NCBI GenBank assembly: GCA_036155555.1
Contig: JAYZVO010000125.1
Location: forward strand, 1-32,057
Direction of reading: 5' to 3'
Source: Myxococcota bacterium
GTDB taxonomy: Bacteria; Myxococcota_A; Bradymonadia; Bradymonadales; Bradymonadaceae
DNA length: 32,057 bases
The notes beneath the pieces are model-generated. The model did no database searches. It had not been told where the DNA came from and saw only the letters and a program-made list of their open reading frames with translations. A program made the position numbers and the translations under genes. The first letter of the stretch is position 1. Every line of letters begins with the position of its first letter. Of the stretch, positions 17,519-25,777 are shown piece by piece.

Positions 17519-19807
17519 ATGGGTGAAGGACCACTGTCTATTTTTGGCCTGGTGATCATCGGCGCGGTGGCGCTGCTGCTCATCGGCATCGTGGCGTTCA
17601 TCGCCAAGCTCTATCAAAAAGTCCTGCAAGGTCAGGCGCTGATCGTGAACAAGCCCAACGGGACCAAGGTCTTCTTCACGGGCGCCATCGTCGTCCCGCT
17701 CGTGCACCGTTCGGAGTACATGGACATCTCGGTCAAGACGATCGAGATCGAGCGCCAGGGGCATGACGGCTTGATCTGTAAGGACAACATCCGCGCGGAC
17801 ATCCGCGTGACGTTCTTCGTGCGCGTCAACGAGACCAGCGAAGACGTGCTCCGCGTGGCCAAGATGGTGGGTTGCCTTCGCGCATCCGACCAGGACACGA
17901 TCGAGGAGCTGTTCGGCGCCAAGTTCTCCGAGGCGCTCAAGACCGCCGGTAAGCAGTTCGAGTTCGAGGAGCTCTACCAGGCTCGTCAGGAATTCCGCGA
18001 TCAGATCATCGCCGTCATCGGCGATGACTTGAACGGCTACACGCTCGAGGATGTCGCCATCGATTACCTCGAGCAGACGCGCCGCGACTCGCTCGATCCG
18101 CACAACATCCTCGACGCCGAAGGTATCCGTAAGATCACCGAGCGCACCGAGGAGCAGCGCGTGCGCACCAACGAGCTCTCCAACTCGGCCAAGAAGAAGA
18201 TCGGTAAGGACGACCTGGAGACCAAGGTCGCCATGCTCGAGTACGAGCGCCAGCAGGCAGACGCCGAGGCTCGCCAGAAGCGCGAGATCGAGGTCGTCCG
18301 CGCCACGCAGCGCGCCTCGAGCGAGCAGGAGAAGGCCAAGCAGATCGCCCTCGAGCGCAAGGCACAGCTCGAAGCCGAGGAGTCGATCAACGTCCAGGCG
18401 ATCAACAAGAAGCGCGAGGAGCAGATGGCCGAGAAGGCCCGCGAGCGCGCGCTGATCATCGAGCAAGAATCGATCGAGAAGGAGAAGTCCCTCAAGATCA
18501 TCGAGCGCGAGCGCGAGGTCGAGATCAAGCGCATCCAGAAGGAGCGCGAGGTCGAGGTCGAGAAGAAAGAGATCGCCGAGGTCGTCTCCGACCGCATCGC
18601 CGTCGAGAAGTCGGTGGCGCAGGAAGAGGAGAACATCAAAGACTTGCGCGTGGTGGCAGACGCCGAGCGCAACAAGAAGGCGACCATCATCCGCGCCGAA
18701 GCCGAGGCGCAGCAAAAGCTCGTCGTCGACATCAAGGGCGCCGAGGCCAACGAGGAAGTCGCCAAGTACCGCGCTCGCCAGCGCATCATCGAGGCAGACG
18801 CTGACCTCGACGCGGCCGATCGCATCGCCAAGTCGAAGATCCGCATCGCTGAAGGTGTGCAAGCCGAGCAAGCCGCAGAAGGACTCGCCAAGGTGCGCGT
18901 CGAAGAGGCCGAGGCGAACGTCCTCGAGAAGCGCGGCAAGGTCGAAGCGACGGTCCTTCGCGAGAAGATGCAGGCCGAAGCGCAAGGTATGGAAGACCAG
19001 GGCATGACCAAGGTTCGCCTGCGTCAAGCCAACGCCGAAGCGCGCGAGCGTGAGGGCCAGGCAGAAGCCGACGTCACGCGCGGTCAGATGCTGGCCGAGG
19101 CCGCTGGTAAGGAAGAGCAGGACATGGTGCAGGTCCGCATCAAGCAGTCGATGGCGGACGCCATCGAGCGCGAAGGTCTGGCGCAAGCCAAGGTCATCCG
19201 CGAGAAGCTTTTGGCCGAGGCCGAGGGCTCACGCGAGCAAGGTCTGGCAGACGCTCAGGTCAAGGAAGCGCTGGCTGCTGCGACCGAGAAGCAAGGTCTG
19301 GCGGAAGCTCAGGTCATGCGTCAGAAGCTCGACGCGGAAGCATCCGGCATCGAGAAGAAGAACCTGGCACAGGCTGCGGGCATCCGCGAGCGCTTGTTGG
19401 CAGAGGCCGCTGGTATCGCCGAGAAGGCCGAGGCGATGAAGCACCTCGACGAGTACAGCCGCAAGCACGAGGAGTTCCGTCTGGCGCTCGAGCACGAGCG
19501 CGAGATCGCTCTCGAGCGACTCCGCACCAACATCGACATGGCGTCGGCGCAGGCATCGGTCTACGCAGAGGCGTTCAAGTCGGCCAACATCAACGTCGTC
19601 GGTGGAGACGAAGGGTTCTACAAGAACTTCCTCGGCTCGGTGTCCCTGGGGCACACCATCGACGGGTTCGTCGACAGCTCGGACACGGCGCGCGGGATTT
19701 TGGATCGCCTCGGCGTGGTCCTGCCCTCGGCGACGACCAACGGCGAGGCCAAGGCCGAGCCCGAGGACGCCGAGGTCGTGCCAGCTGAGGACGGCGCTGG
19801 CGAGTGA
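17519..19807 (+). CDS. Flotillin-family SPFH/Band-7 protein (YqiK/FloT-like) with an extended Glu/Ala-repeat C-terminal region
   Basis: RBS GGAAGGAGG. N-terminal TM (LVIIGAVALLLIGIVAFIA). SPFH core 'ALIVNKPNGTKVFFTGAIVVPLVHRSEYMDISVKTIEIERQG...DNIRADIRVTFFVRV...'. Long EA-rich heptad-like repeats follow (…REKLLAEAEG…, …RQKLDAEASG…, …RERLLAEAAG…), as in flotillins. 762 aa. Confidence 0.85.
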   Translation: MGEGPLSIFGLVIIGAVALLLIGIVAFIAKLYQKVLQGQALIVNKPNGTKVFFTGAIVVPLVHRSEYMDISVKTIEIERQGHDGLICKDNIRADIRVTFFVRVNETSEDVLRVAKMVGCLRASDQDTIEELFGAKFSEALKTAGKQFEFEELYQARQEFRDQIIAVIGDDLNGYTLEDVAIDYLEQTRRDSLDPHNILDAEGIRKITERTEEQRVRTNELSNSAKKKIGKDDLETKVAMLEYERQQADAEARQKREIEVVRATQRASSEQEKAKQIALERKAQLEAEESINVQAINKKREEQMAEKARERALIIEQESIEKEKSLKIIEREREVEIKRIQKEREVEVEKKEIAEVVSDRIAVEKSVAQEEENIKDLRVVADAERNKKATIIRAEAEAQQKLVVDIKGAEANEEVAKYRARQRIIEADADLDAADRIAKSKIRIAEGVQAEQAAEGLAKVRVEEAEANVLEKRGKVEATVLREKMQAEAQGMEDQGMTKVRLRQANAEAREREGQAEADVTRGQMLAEAAGKEEQDMVQVRIKQSMADAIEREGLAQAKVIREKLLAEAEGSREQGLADAQVKEALAAATEKQGLAEAQVMRQKLDAEASGIEKKNLAQAAGIRERLLAEAAGIAEKAEAMKHLDEYSRKHEEFRLALEHEREIALERLRTNIDMASAQASVYAEAFKSANINVVGGDEGFYKNFLGSVSLGHTIDGFVDSSDTARGILDRLGVVLPSATTNGEAKAEPEDAEVVPAEDGAGE

Positions 19808-19824
19808 GTGAGAGGCCCTAGAGT

Positions 19825-19874
19825 GTGAGGCGAGGAGAGTGACTGGGGTCACTCTCCTCGCCTCACGCGTTTTC
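19825..19874 (+). terminator. Rho-independent terminator after the flotillin gene (19-bp perfect GC-rich stem, 4-nt loop, then GCGTTTTC)
   Basis: GTGAGGCGAGGAGAGTGAC-TGGG-GTCACTCTCCTCGCCTCAC followed by GCGTTTTCAAC. Confidence 0.6.
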
Positions 19875-19968
19875 AACATGACGATGTGGTCAAGCGGTTC
19901 CTGGCTCGGGACACGTTTGCCCTGAGGAAGGGCGCGGTGTTCTCCGTGTGAAAGCAGGTGAGAAGAAG

Positions 19969-22900
19969 ATGACGACCGAACCGATCGAGCAAGCAGAAGC
20001 GCAGGAGTCTGGCGACGCCGCGCTCGAGACAAGCAACTACGAGGTGATCCGCAAGCGCCTCGTGGATCAAGGCCGCGAGTTGGCCAAACGCGCCGAGTCC
20101 CTGAACCAAAAGCGTCAGGACTTCTTCGGCACGATCTCGATGGAGGTCGTCGGCAACCAGACGATCACCACCGAGAACAACTGCATCCCGCAGGACATCA
20201 TCAACCTCGGGGACTGCCTGCTCTTTGGCTACAACGTCCACCGCAAGATGTCCCAGACGCAGATCCCGGATGTCTTTAGCTTGCACCGATTTAGCAAGGA
20301 AGGAGAGGAGCTCAGTCTGCGGCATGTGCCGCAGGACACGGGCGAGAACTTCCTGAGCCAGCCGCAGTTCATGGAGGACTTCGACAAGCTCTACTTCTCC
20401 TTCAAGGACGCCTTCTTGCGCCAGCTGCGCCGGACCGAAGGGCGCCTGCTCGCGATCTTCCAGACGGGCTCGAAGCTCGAGGATATCCGCGTGCTGCGTT
20501 GGGCCGTCGACGCGCATGACAACGTCACCTACATCGACAACGCTGGCGAGAAAGACAACGTCCAGGCGCGCTCGCACGACTTCGCCTGGGTCGCCACGCG
20601 CCGCGAGGACATGATCACGGGGCGCCACCCGCACATCGCGATCAAGAACAAGGTCTTCGTCGAGACCGTCGGCGGCGACCTCACCATCAAGGTCGAGGAC
20701 AACACCGAAGATGGCGTCGGCGTCTACTCCGAGCCTGTCGAGGATCAAAACCAGGCGCTCGGAGACGCCGAGATCTTTTACGCCGAGGTCGGCGCGCTGA
20801 TCCTGCTCAAGATCCGCCCCTACCGAGAGGACAACTGGCGTTACCTGGTGTTTAACACCCTGACCAAGACGGCCGCGCGCATCGACTCCATCGGGCAGTC
20901 CTGCGTGGCCTTGCCCGAGGACCACGGGATCATCTTCCCCGGCGGTTATGTGTTGGAGTCTGGCGAGGTCAAGACCTTCGAGCACGACACGCGCGATATG
21001 CGGATCGCCGAGACGCGCCGTTCGCCAAACGGCGAGGACGTGCTCTTTGCCTTCACGCGTCCGCAGGATGGGCAATACCTGTTGCTCTCCTACAACCTGA
21101 TCCGCAAGGAAGTCCTGAACCCGATCCTGTGCCACGGCTACTCGATCTTTGACGATGGCACGATGATCATCTTCCGCTCGACGGGGGACCAACAAACGCG
21201 CCACCACCCGATGCAAGTCTGGGGGACGCCGTTTTTGTCGGACGAGTACGCGGCGCAGATCCCATCGGATGGATCGCTGCTCTCCAAGATCGGCAACGCC
21301 GAGCTGGTGCGCGGCATTTCGGATGGCTTGACCATCCGAAAAATGATCAACAACCAGGAGCCGACCACCGAGATCTACACCTCGATCATCTCGGCCGCCG
21401 AGCGCATGATCGACGCCTACTACTGGATCGGCGAATCAGAAGCGGGCGACATGCGCGCGCCACTGCGCGAGGTCGTCAAGACGGCGACGTTGATTATCGA
21501 GGAGTTCGAGAAAGTCCGCGCGATGCGCCAGAACGCACGCGAGGCGCTCCGTGAAGCGGAGCGCGAGCAGTCGCGCCTCTTTGGCGATATTCGCTACGCG
21601 AACTGGCGCGAGATCGGGCGCTTTGTCGACGGATTGGATGGGCTGCGCAGCCAGCGAGGTCGCCTGATCACGCTGCGCGAAATGAAGTACATGCAGGTCG
21701 AGCGCATCGACGAGCTCGAGCAGGAGGTCATCGACCACTACGACAAACTCTCGAAGGCGACCGTCAGTTTCTTGCTCGGTGAGGGCTCGCTCTCGACCTA
21801 CCGCGCGAAAATCGACGCCGTGATCAAGGGGATCGAGGAGATCCAGACGACCGTCGAGGCCACAAAGATCAAGGAGGAGCTCGACACCATCGGCGAGGGG
21901 CTCAACCTCCTGACCGAGGTCATCAGCGGACTCAAGATCGAGGACCCCACCGCGCGCACGCAGATCCTCGAGAACATCGCCGAGGTGCTCGGGCAGCAGA
22001 ACCGCGCCCGCGCCATGCTCGACGCCAAGAACCGCGCGCTGCTCGAGACGGAGGGGCGCGCCGAATTCGCCGTGCAATTCCAGCTGCTCGGGCAGTCGGT
22101 CACGAGCGCCATCTCCATGGCCGAGACGCCCGAGCGATGCGACGAGCAGCTCGAGCGCATGATGGTCCAGCTCCAGGAGATGGAGAGCCGCTTTAGCGAG
22201 TTCGACATGTTTCTGGCGCAGCTGACCGAGAAGCGCGAGGAGATCTACGAGGTCTTCGAGACGCGCAAGCAGCAACTGATCGAGGCGCGCCAGCGCAAGG
22301 CATCGACGATCAACCAGGCCGCCGAGAAGATCCTGGCGGGCATCCAGCGCCGCGCGCGCAAGATGGAGGATGTCGAGGCGCTCAACGCTTATTTTGCCGC
22401 CGATGCCATGGTCATCAAGATCCGCGAGATGGCCACGCAGCTTCGCGAGTTGAAAGAGCCCGTCAAGGCCGACGACCTCGAGAACCAGCTCAAGGCCACG
22501 CGCGATCAATCGATCCGCACGTTGCGCGACAAGCTCGACCTGTTCGAAGGGGGCGACGCCGTCATCAAGCTCGGCAAGCACCGCTTTAGCATCAACACAC
22601 AGTCGCTCGAGCTCACGATGGTGCCCCGTGATAACGAGGTTCGCCTCCACATCACTGGCACCGACTTCTACGAGCAGGTCGAGGACAAGGAGTTCCTCGA
22701 GACGCGCTACCTCTGGGATCAACAGCTGATCTCGGAGACGCGCGACGTGTACCGTGGCGAGTATCTGGCGGCGTGCATCCTCGAGGATGCACGCACCAAG
22801 GCCAAGGGCTACACGATCCCGGATCTCTTCGATCTCTCGGTCAAGGACGACGAGCTGTTGCTGGTCGTGCGCAAGTACATCGAGGAGCGCTACGACGAGG

Positions 22901-25713
22901 GTTACGAGCGCGGCGTGCACGACACGGACACGACGCAGATCCTGACCGCGTTGCTCGGGCTCTACATCACGGCTGGGTTGCTCCGGTTCGGGTCGAAGGC
23001 GCGCGCGTTGGCGACGCTCTACTGGGCCACCGAGCCAGAAGAGCTCGAGGTCGAGAAGACATCAGCGATGACGCTCGAGCAGCGTCGCAAGGCCAAGGAG
23101 TCCCCGGCGCAAAGACGCCGCAAGCTGCTCGTTCGCCGCGCGCAATCATTCGGGAGGTTGAGAAAGACCTTCTCGTCGGCCTCCGCGGTCGCGGAGCTTC
23201 GCGCCGAGGTCGCCAGAGAACTCGGCGGCTTCTGCGAAGAGCATGGCCTGGATGACATCTTCTCGGGTCGCGTGCGCGTCGAAGCTGCCGACTACCTCAT
23301 CGAGGAGCTAGCAGCTGGCGAGCACCCACACTTTATTTTGAACTCCGAGGCGGAGCAGCTCGCGCGCAAGTTCTTCGACCACCTGGACCTGAGCAACTCG
23401 CGCAAGGACTTCGAGGATGATCTCGAAACATTGACCGGCGAGCTCGAGGCGAGCTGGGAGTTGGCGAGCAGCTGGCTCGCCGCATACACCGAGCAACGCC
23501 GCGAGGACGAAACGCCCGTCGGGTACCTGATGGACGAGACCATCGCGTACCTGATCACGAGCGGACAGATCGAGCGCGAGATCTCTTCGGCAAAGACCGA
23601 GACCCAGGTCAAGGAGTTGCTCGGGCAGCACCCGAGGATCGTCTCGCAAGTGCTCACGATCCGCCTGGACGAGTTCCTCTCGAGGTTGGATCGCTACATC
23701 CACGAGCGCGCGCCGGAGTACCGCGCCTACCGCAAGCTCTCGCACACGGTGCTCGACCGAGTGCGCAAGAGGTTGCGTCTGGACGAGCTCAAGCCGCGCG
23801 TGCTCTCGACGTTCGTGCGTAACCGGCTTATCGACGAGGTTTATCTGCCGTTGATCGGTGACAACCTCGCCAAGCAGATGGGCTCGGTGGGCGAATCAGG
23901 GCGCTCGGACAGGCAAGGCTTGCTGCTGCTCATCTCGCCGCCAGGTTACGGCAAGACGACGTTGATGGAGTATGTGGCGAACCGCCTCGGGCTGACGTTC
24001 ATGAAGATCAACGGCCCCGCGATCGGGCACCACGTGGTCTCGCTCGATCCGAGCGAGGCGCCAAACGCCACGGCGCGGCAGGAGGTCGAGAAGATCAACC
24101 TCTCGCTGCGCATGGGCAACAACGTGATGCTTTACCTGGATGATATCCAGCACTGTAACCCGGAGTTGTTGCAGAAGTTCATCTCGTTGTGTGATGCCAC
24201 GCGTCGCATCGAGGGTGTCTGGGATGGCCAGACAAAGACCTACGACCTTCGCGGCAAGCGCTTCTCGGTGGTCATGGCGGGGAACCCGTACACCGAGACC
24301 GGCGAGCGATTCCAGATCCCGGACATGCTCGCCAACCGCGCGGACACCTACAACCTGGGTGATATCCTGGAAGGTTCGCAGGATGCGTTCGCGCTCAGTT
24401 ACATCGAGAACGCGCTCACATCGAACCCTGTGCTCGCGCCTCTGTCGAACAGGGAGAAGGAGGACATTCACCTCTTTATCCGCATGGCGCAGGGCGAGGA
24501 TATCGCGCTGACGGACATGAAGTATAGCTACTCTGCGGTCGAGGCGAACGAGATCGTGACCGTTCTGAAGAAGCTGTTTGTCTGTCAGGATGTCCTGTTG
24601 CAGGTCAACCAGGCCTACATCGAGTCGGCGTCACAGGATGATGCTTATCGCACCGAGCCGCCGTTCAAGCTCCAGGGTTCGTACCGCAACATGACCAAGC
24701 TGGCCGAGAAGGTCGTCTCTGCCATGAACGATCAGGAGCTCGAGGCGCTGATCGATGACCACTACCTTGGCGAATCGCAGACGTTGACCACGGAAGCGGA
24801 GCAGAACTTGCTCAAGCTCAAGGAGATCCGAGGGCGTCTCACCGCAGAGGAGAAGGAGCGCTGGGAGTCGATCAAGAAAGAATACCGCCGTCGCAAGATG
24901 ATGGGTGGTGGGGACAATGATCCTGTGAGTCGGGTCGCCGGACCGATCAGCTCGTTGGTGCAGCGCGTCGAGGAGCTCCAGGGCGTGTTCCAGGGCAACA
25001 GCCAACTCAACACACCGCTCGAGGGTATCCGGGACGCGATCACCACAGCGGTCGCGCAACTCCAGACCGAGGGCGTGGCGTCGAAGAGCAACGAGGGCCA
25101 GCAAAACACAGGCTTGAGCCCTCAGGTGATCGAGCAACTCACCGCAGCGATCGCGGCGATGGGAGCGAGCAACAGCAACAACGGCAAGCACTCTGACCAG
25201 GTCGAGGCGTTGTTGCAGCGGCAGACGTTGATGTTCGAGGGCGCCTTCGGCGCGATCGAGAAGTTGGCGGATGCACAGGCGAACTCGAACCGCCAGAGCG
25301 CGGATACGCTGCGCTCGATCGAGAAGCTGATGCAGTCAGCTCCTGTGGCGCTCAAGACACCACCTCCGGGCTCGTTCGGAGGAGCACCTGTTGCGGGTCA
25401 GGGGCACACAATGCCAGCATCCTCATCGGGAGATGGTGGGGGAGGCTTTGGCGATCGTCCTTTGACGGGGGTCAAGAAGCGGCTTCCATTCAAGGAAGCG
25501 CGCAAACAAACCGCCGAGCACGAGGCGATCTCTCGCGATGATCCTCCGACCGAGGATGAGGCGAGCAGCGCACCAGCAAACACCTCCTCGCCGCAGGAGG
25601 CGCCTTTGACAAACGAGGCAAATCCAGCGCGAGCACAGGAGCCAAACGAAGCACAAGGTGGTAAAAAGAAAGGGAAGGTTCGCCTGGAGCCGCCATTTGA
25701 CACCGAAGATTGA
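19969..25713 (+). CDS. Giant (1,914-aa) protein: about 470-aa N-terminal beta-rich domain, about 800 aa coiled-coil/helical region, single AAA+ ATPase module of the MoxR/dynein (AAA_5) type, and about 440-aa helical plus low-complexity C-terminal tail
   Basis: SD AGGTGA 7 nt before ATG 19969; a GTG start at 19948 is also possible. Walker A 'LLLISPPGYGKTTLMEYVANRLG' at nt about 23944-23961. Walker B/helix 'NNVMLYLDDIQHCNPELLQKFISLCD' at about 24128-24143. Sensor-1-like 'RFSVVMAGNPYTE'. 'IPDMLANRADTYNL' resembles the MoxR 'LPEALLDRF' region. Heptad-rich segment about 21400-22550. The C-terminus is Q/S/N/G/P-rich and ends KKKGKVRLEPPFDTED. No protease, nuclease or VWA motifs were seen. Confidence 0.8.
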   Translation: MTTEPIEQAEAQESGDAALETSNYEVIRKRLVDQGRELAKRAESLNQKRQDFFGTISMEVVGNQTITTENNCIPQDIINLGDCLLFGYNVHRKMSQTQIPDVFSLHRFSKEGEELSLRHVPQDTGENFLSQPQFMEDFDKLYFSFKDAFLRQLRRTEGRLLAIFQTGSKLEDIRVLRWAVDAHDNVTYIDNAGEKDNVQARSHDFAWVATRREDMITGRHPHIAIKNKVFVETVGGDLTIKVEDNTEDGVGVYSEPVEDQNQALGDAEIFYAEVGALILLKIRPYREDNWRYLVFNTLTKTAARIDSIGQSCVALPEDHGIIFPGGYVLESGEVKTFEHDTRDMRIAETRRSPNGEDVLFAFTRPQDGQYLLLSYNLIRKEVLNPILCHGYSIFDDGTMIIFRSTGDQQTRHHPMQVWGTPFLSDEYAAQIPSDGSLLSKIGNAELVRGISDGLTIRKMINNQEPTTEIYTSIISAAERMIDAYYWIGESEAGDMRAPLREVVKTATLIIEEFEKVRAMRQNAREALREAEREQSRLFGDIRYANWREIGRFVDGLDGLRSQRGRLITLREMKYMQVERIDELEQEVIDHYDKLSKATVSFLLGEGSLSTYRAKIDAVIKGIEEIQTTVEATKIKEELDTIGEGLNLLTEVISGLKIEDPTARTQILENIAEVLGQQNRARAMLDAKNRALLETEGRAEFAVQFQLLGQSVTSAISMAETPERCDEQLERMMVQLQEMESRFSEFDMFLAQLTEKREEIYEVFETRKQQLIEARQRKASTINQAAEKILAGIQRRARKMEDVEALNAYFAADAMVIKIREMATQLRELKEPVKADDLENQLKATRDQSIRTLRDKLDLFEGGDAVIKLGKHRFSINTQSLELTMVPRDNEVRLHITGTDFYEQVEDKEFLETRYLWDQQLISETRDVYRGEYLAACILEDARTKAKGYTIPDLFDLSVKDDELLLVVRKYIEERYDEGYERGVHDTDTTQILTALLGLYITAGLLRFGSKARALATLYWATEPEELEVEKTSAMTLEQRRKAKESPAQRRRKLLVRRAQSFGRLRKTFSSASAVAELRAEVARELGGFCEEHGLDDIFSGRVRVEAADYLIEELAAGEHPHFILNSEAEQLARKFFDHLDLSNSRKDFEDDLETLTGELEASWELASSWLAAYTEQRREDETPVGYLMDETIAYLITSGQIEREISSAKTETQVKELLGQHPRIVSQVLTIRLDEFLSRLDRYIHERAPEYRAYRKLSHTVLDRVRKRLRLDELKPRVLSTFVRNRLIDEVYLPLIGDNLAKQMGSVGESGRSDRQGLLLLISPPGYGKTTLMEYVANRLGLTFMKINGPAIGHHVVSLDPSEAPNATARQEVEKINLSLRMGNNVMLYLDDIQHCNPELLQKFISLCDATRRIEGVWDGQTKTYDLRGKRFSVVMAGNPYTETGERFQIPDMLANRADTYNLGDILEGSQDAFALSYIENALTSNPVLAPLSNREKEDIHLFIRMAQGEDIALTDMKYSYSAVEANEIVTVLKKLFVCQDVLLQVNQAYIESASQDDAYRTEPPFKLQGSYRNMTKLAEKVVSAMNDQELEALIDDHYLGESQTLTTEAEQNLLKLKEIRGRLTAEEKERWESIKKEYRRRKMMGGGDNDPVSRVAGPISSLVQRVEELQGVFQGNSQLNTPLEGIRDAITTAVAQLQTEGVASKSNEGQQNTGLSPQVIEQLTAAIAAMGASNSNNGKHSDQVEALLQRQTLMFEGAFGAIEKLADAQANSNRQSADTLRSIEKLMQSAPVALKTPPPGSFGGAPVAGQGHTMPASSSGDGGGGFGDRPLTGVKKRLPFKEARKQTAEHEAISRDDPPTEDEASSAPANTSSPQEAPLTNEANPARAQEPNEAQGGKKKGKVRLEPPFDTED

Positions 25714-25724
25714 GCCAGCTCGAG

Positions 25725-25754
25725 GCGGCGCGTAGAGCGCGCTCTACGCGCCGC
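25725..25754. repeat. 30-bp perfect palindrome (GCGGCGCGTAGAGCGC|GCTCTACGCGCCGC) 11 nt after the giant gene's stop
   Basis: Read directly. No T-tract. Possibly a weak terminator, an RNA stabilizer or a protein-binding site. Confidence 0.5.
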
Positions 25755-25777
25755 AACCACCCACAAAAGCCCTGGCC

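Noticed and set aside
17252-19186. 644-aa minus-strand ORF antisense to the flotillin gene
   Set aside because: It is a Leu/Asp/Gly-rich mirror of the flotillin EA repeats and has no start context. The flotillin on the + strand is unambiguous.
19873-22920. Minus-strand ORFs (447 aa and 494 aa) and several shorter ones inside the giant ATPase gene
   Set aside because: Antisense artefacts of a long high-GC coding region. They have no motifs and the + strand frame is continuous for 5.7 kb.
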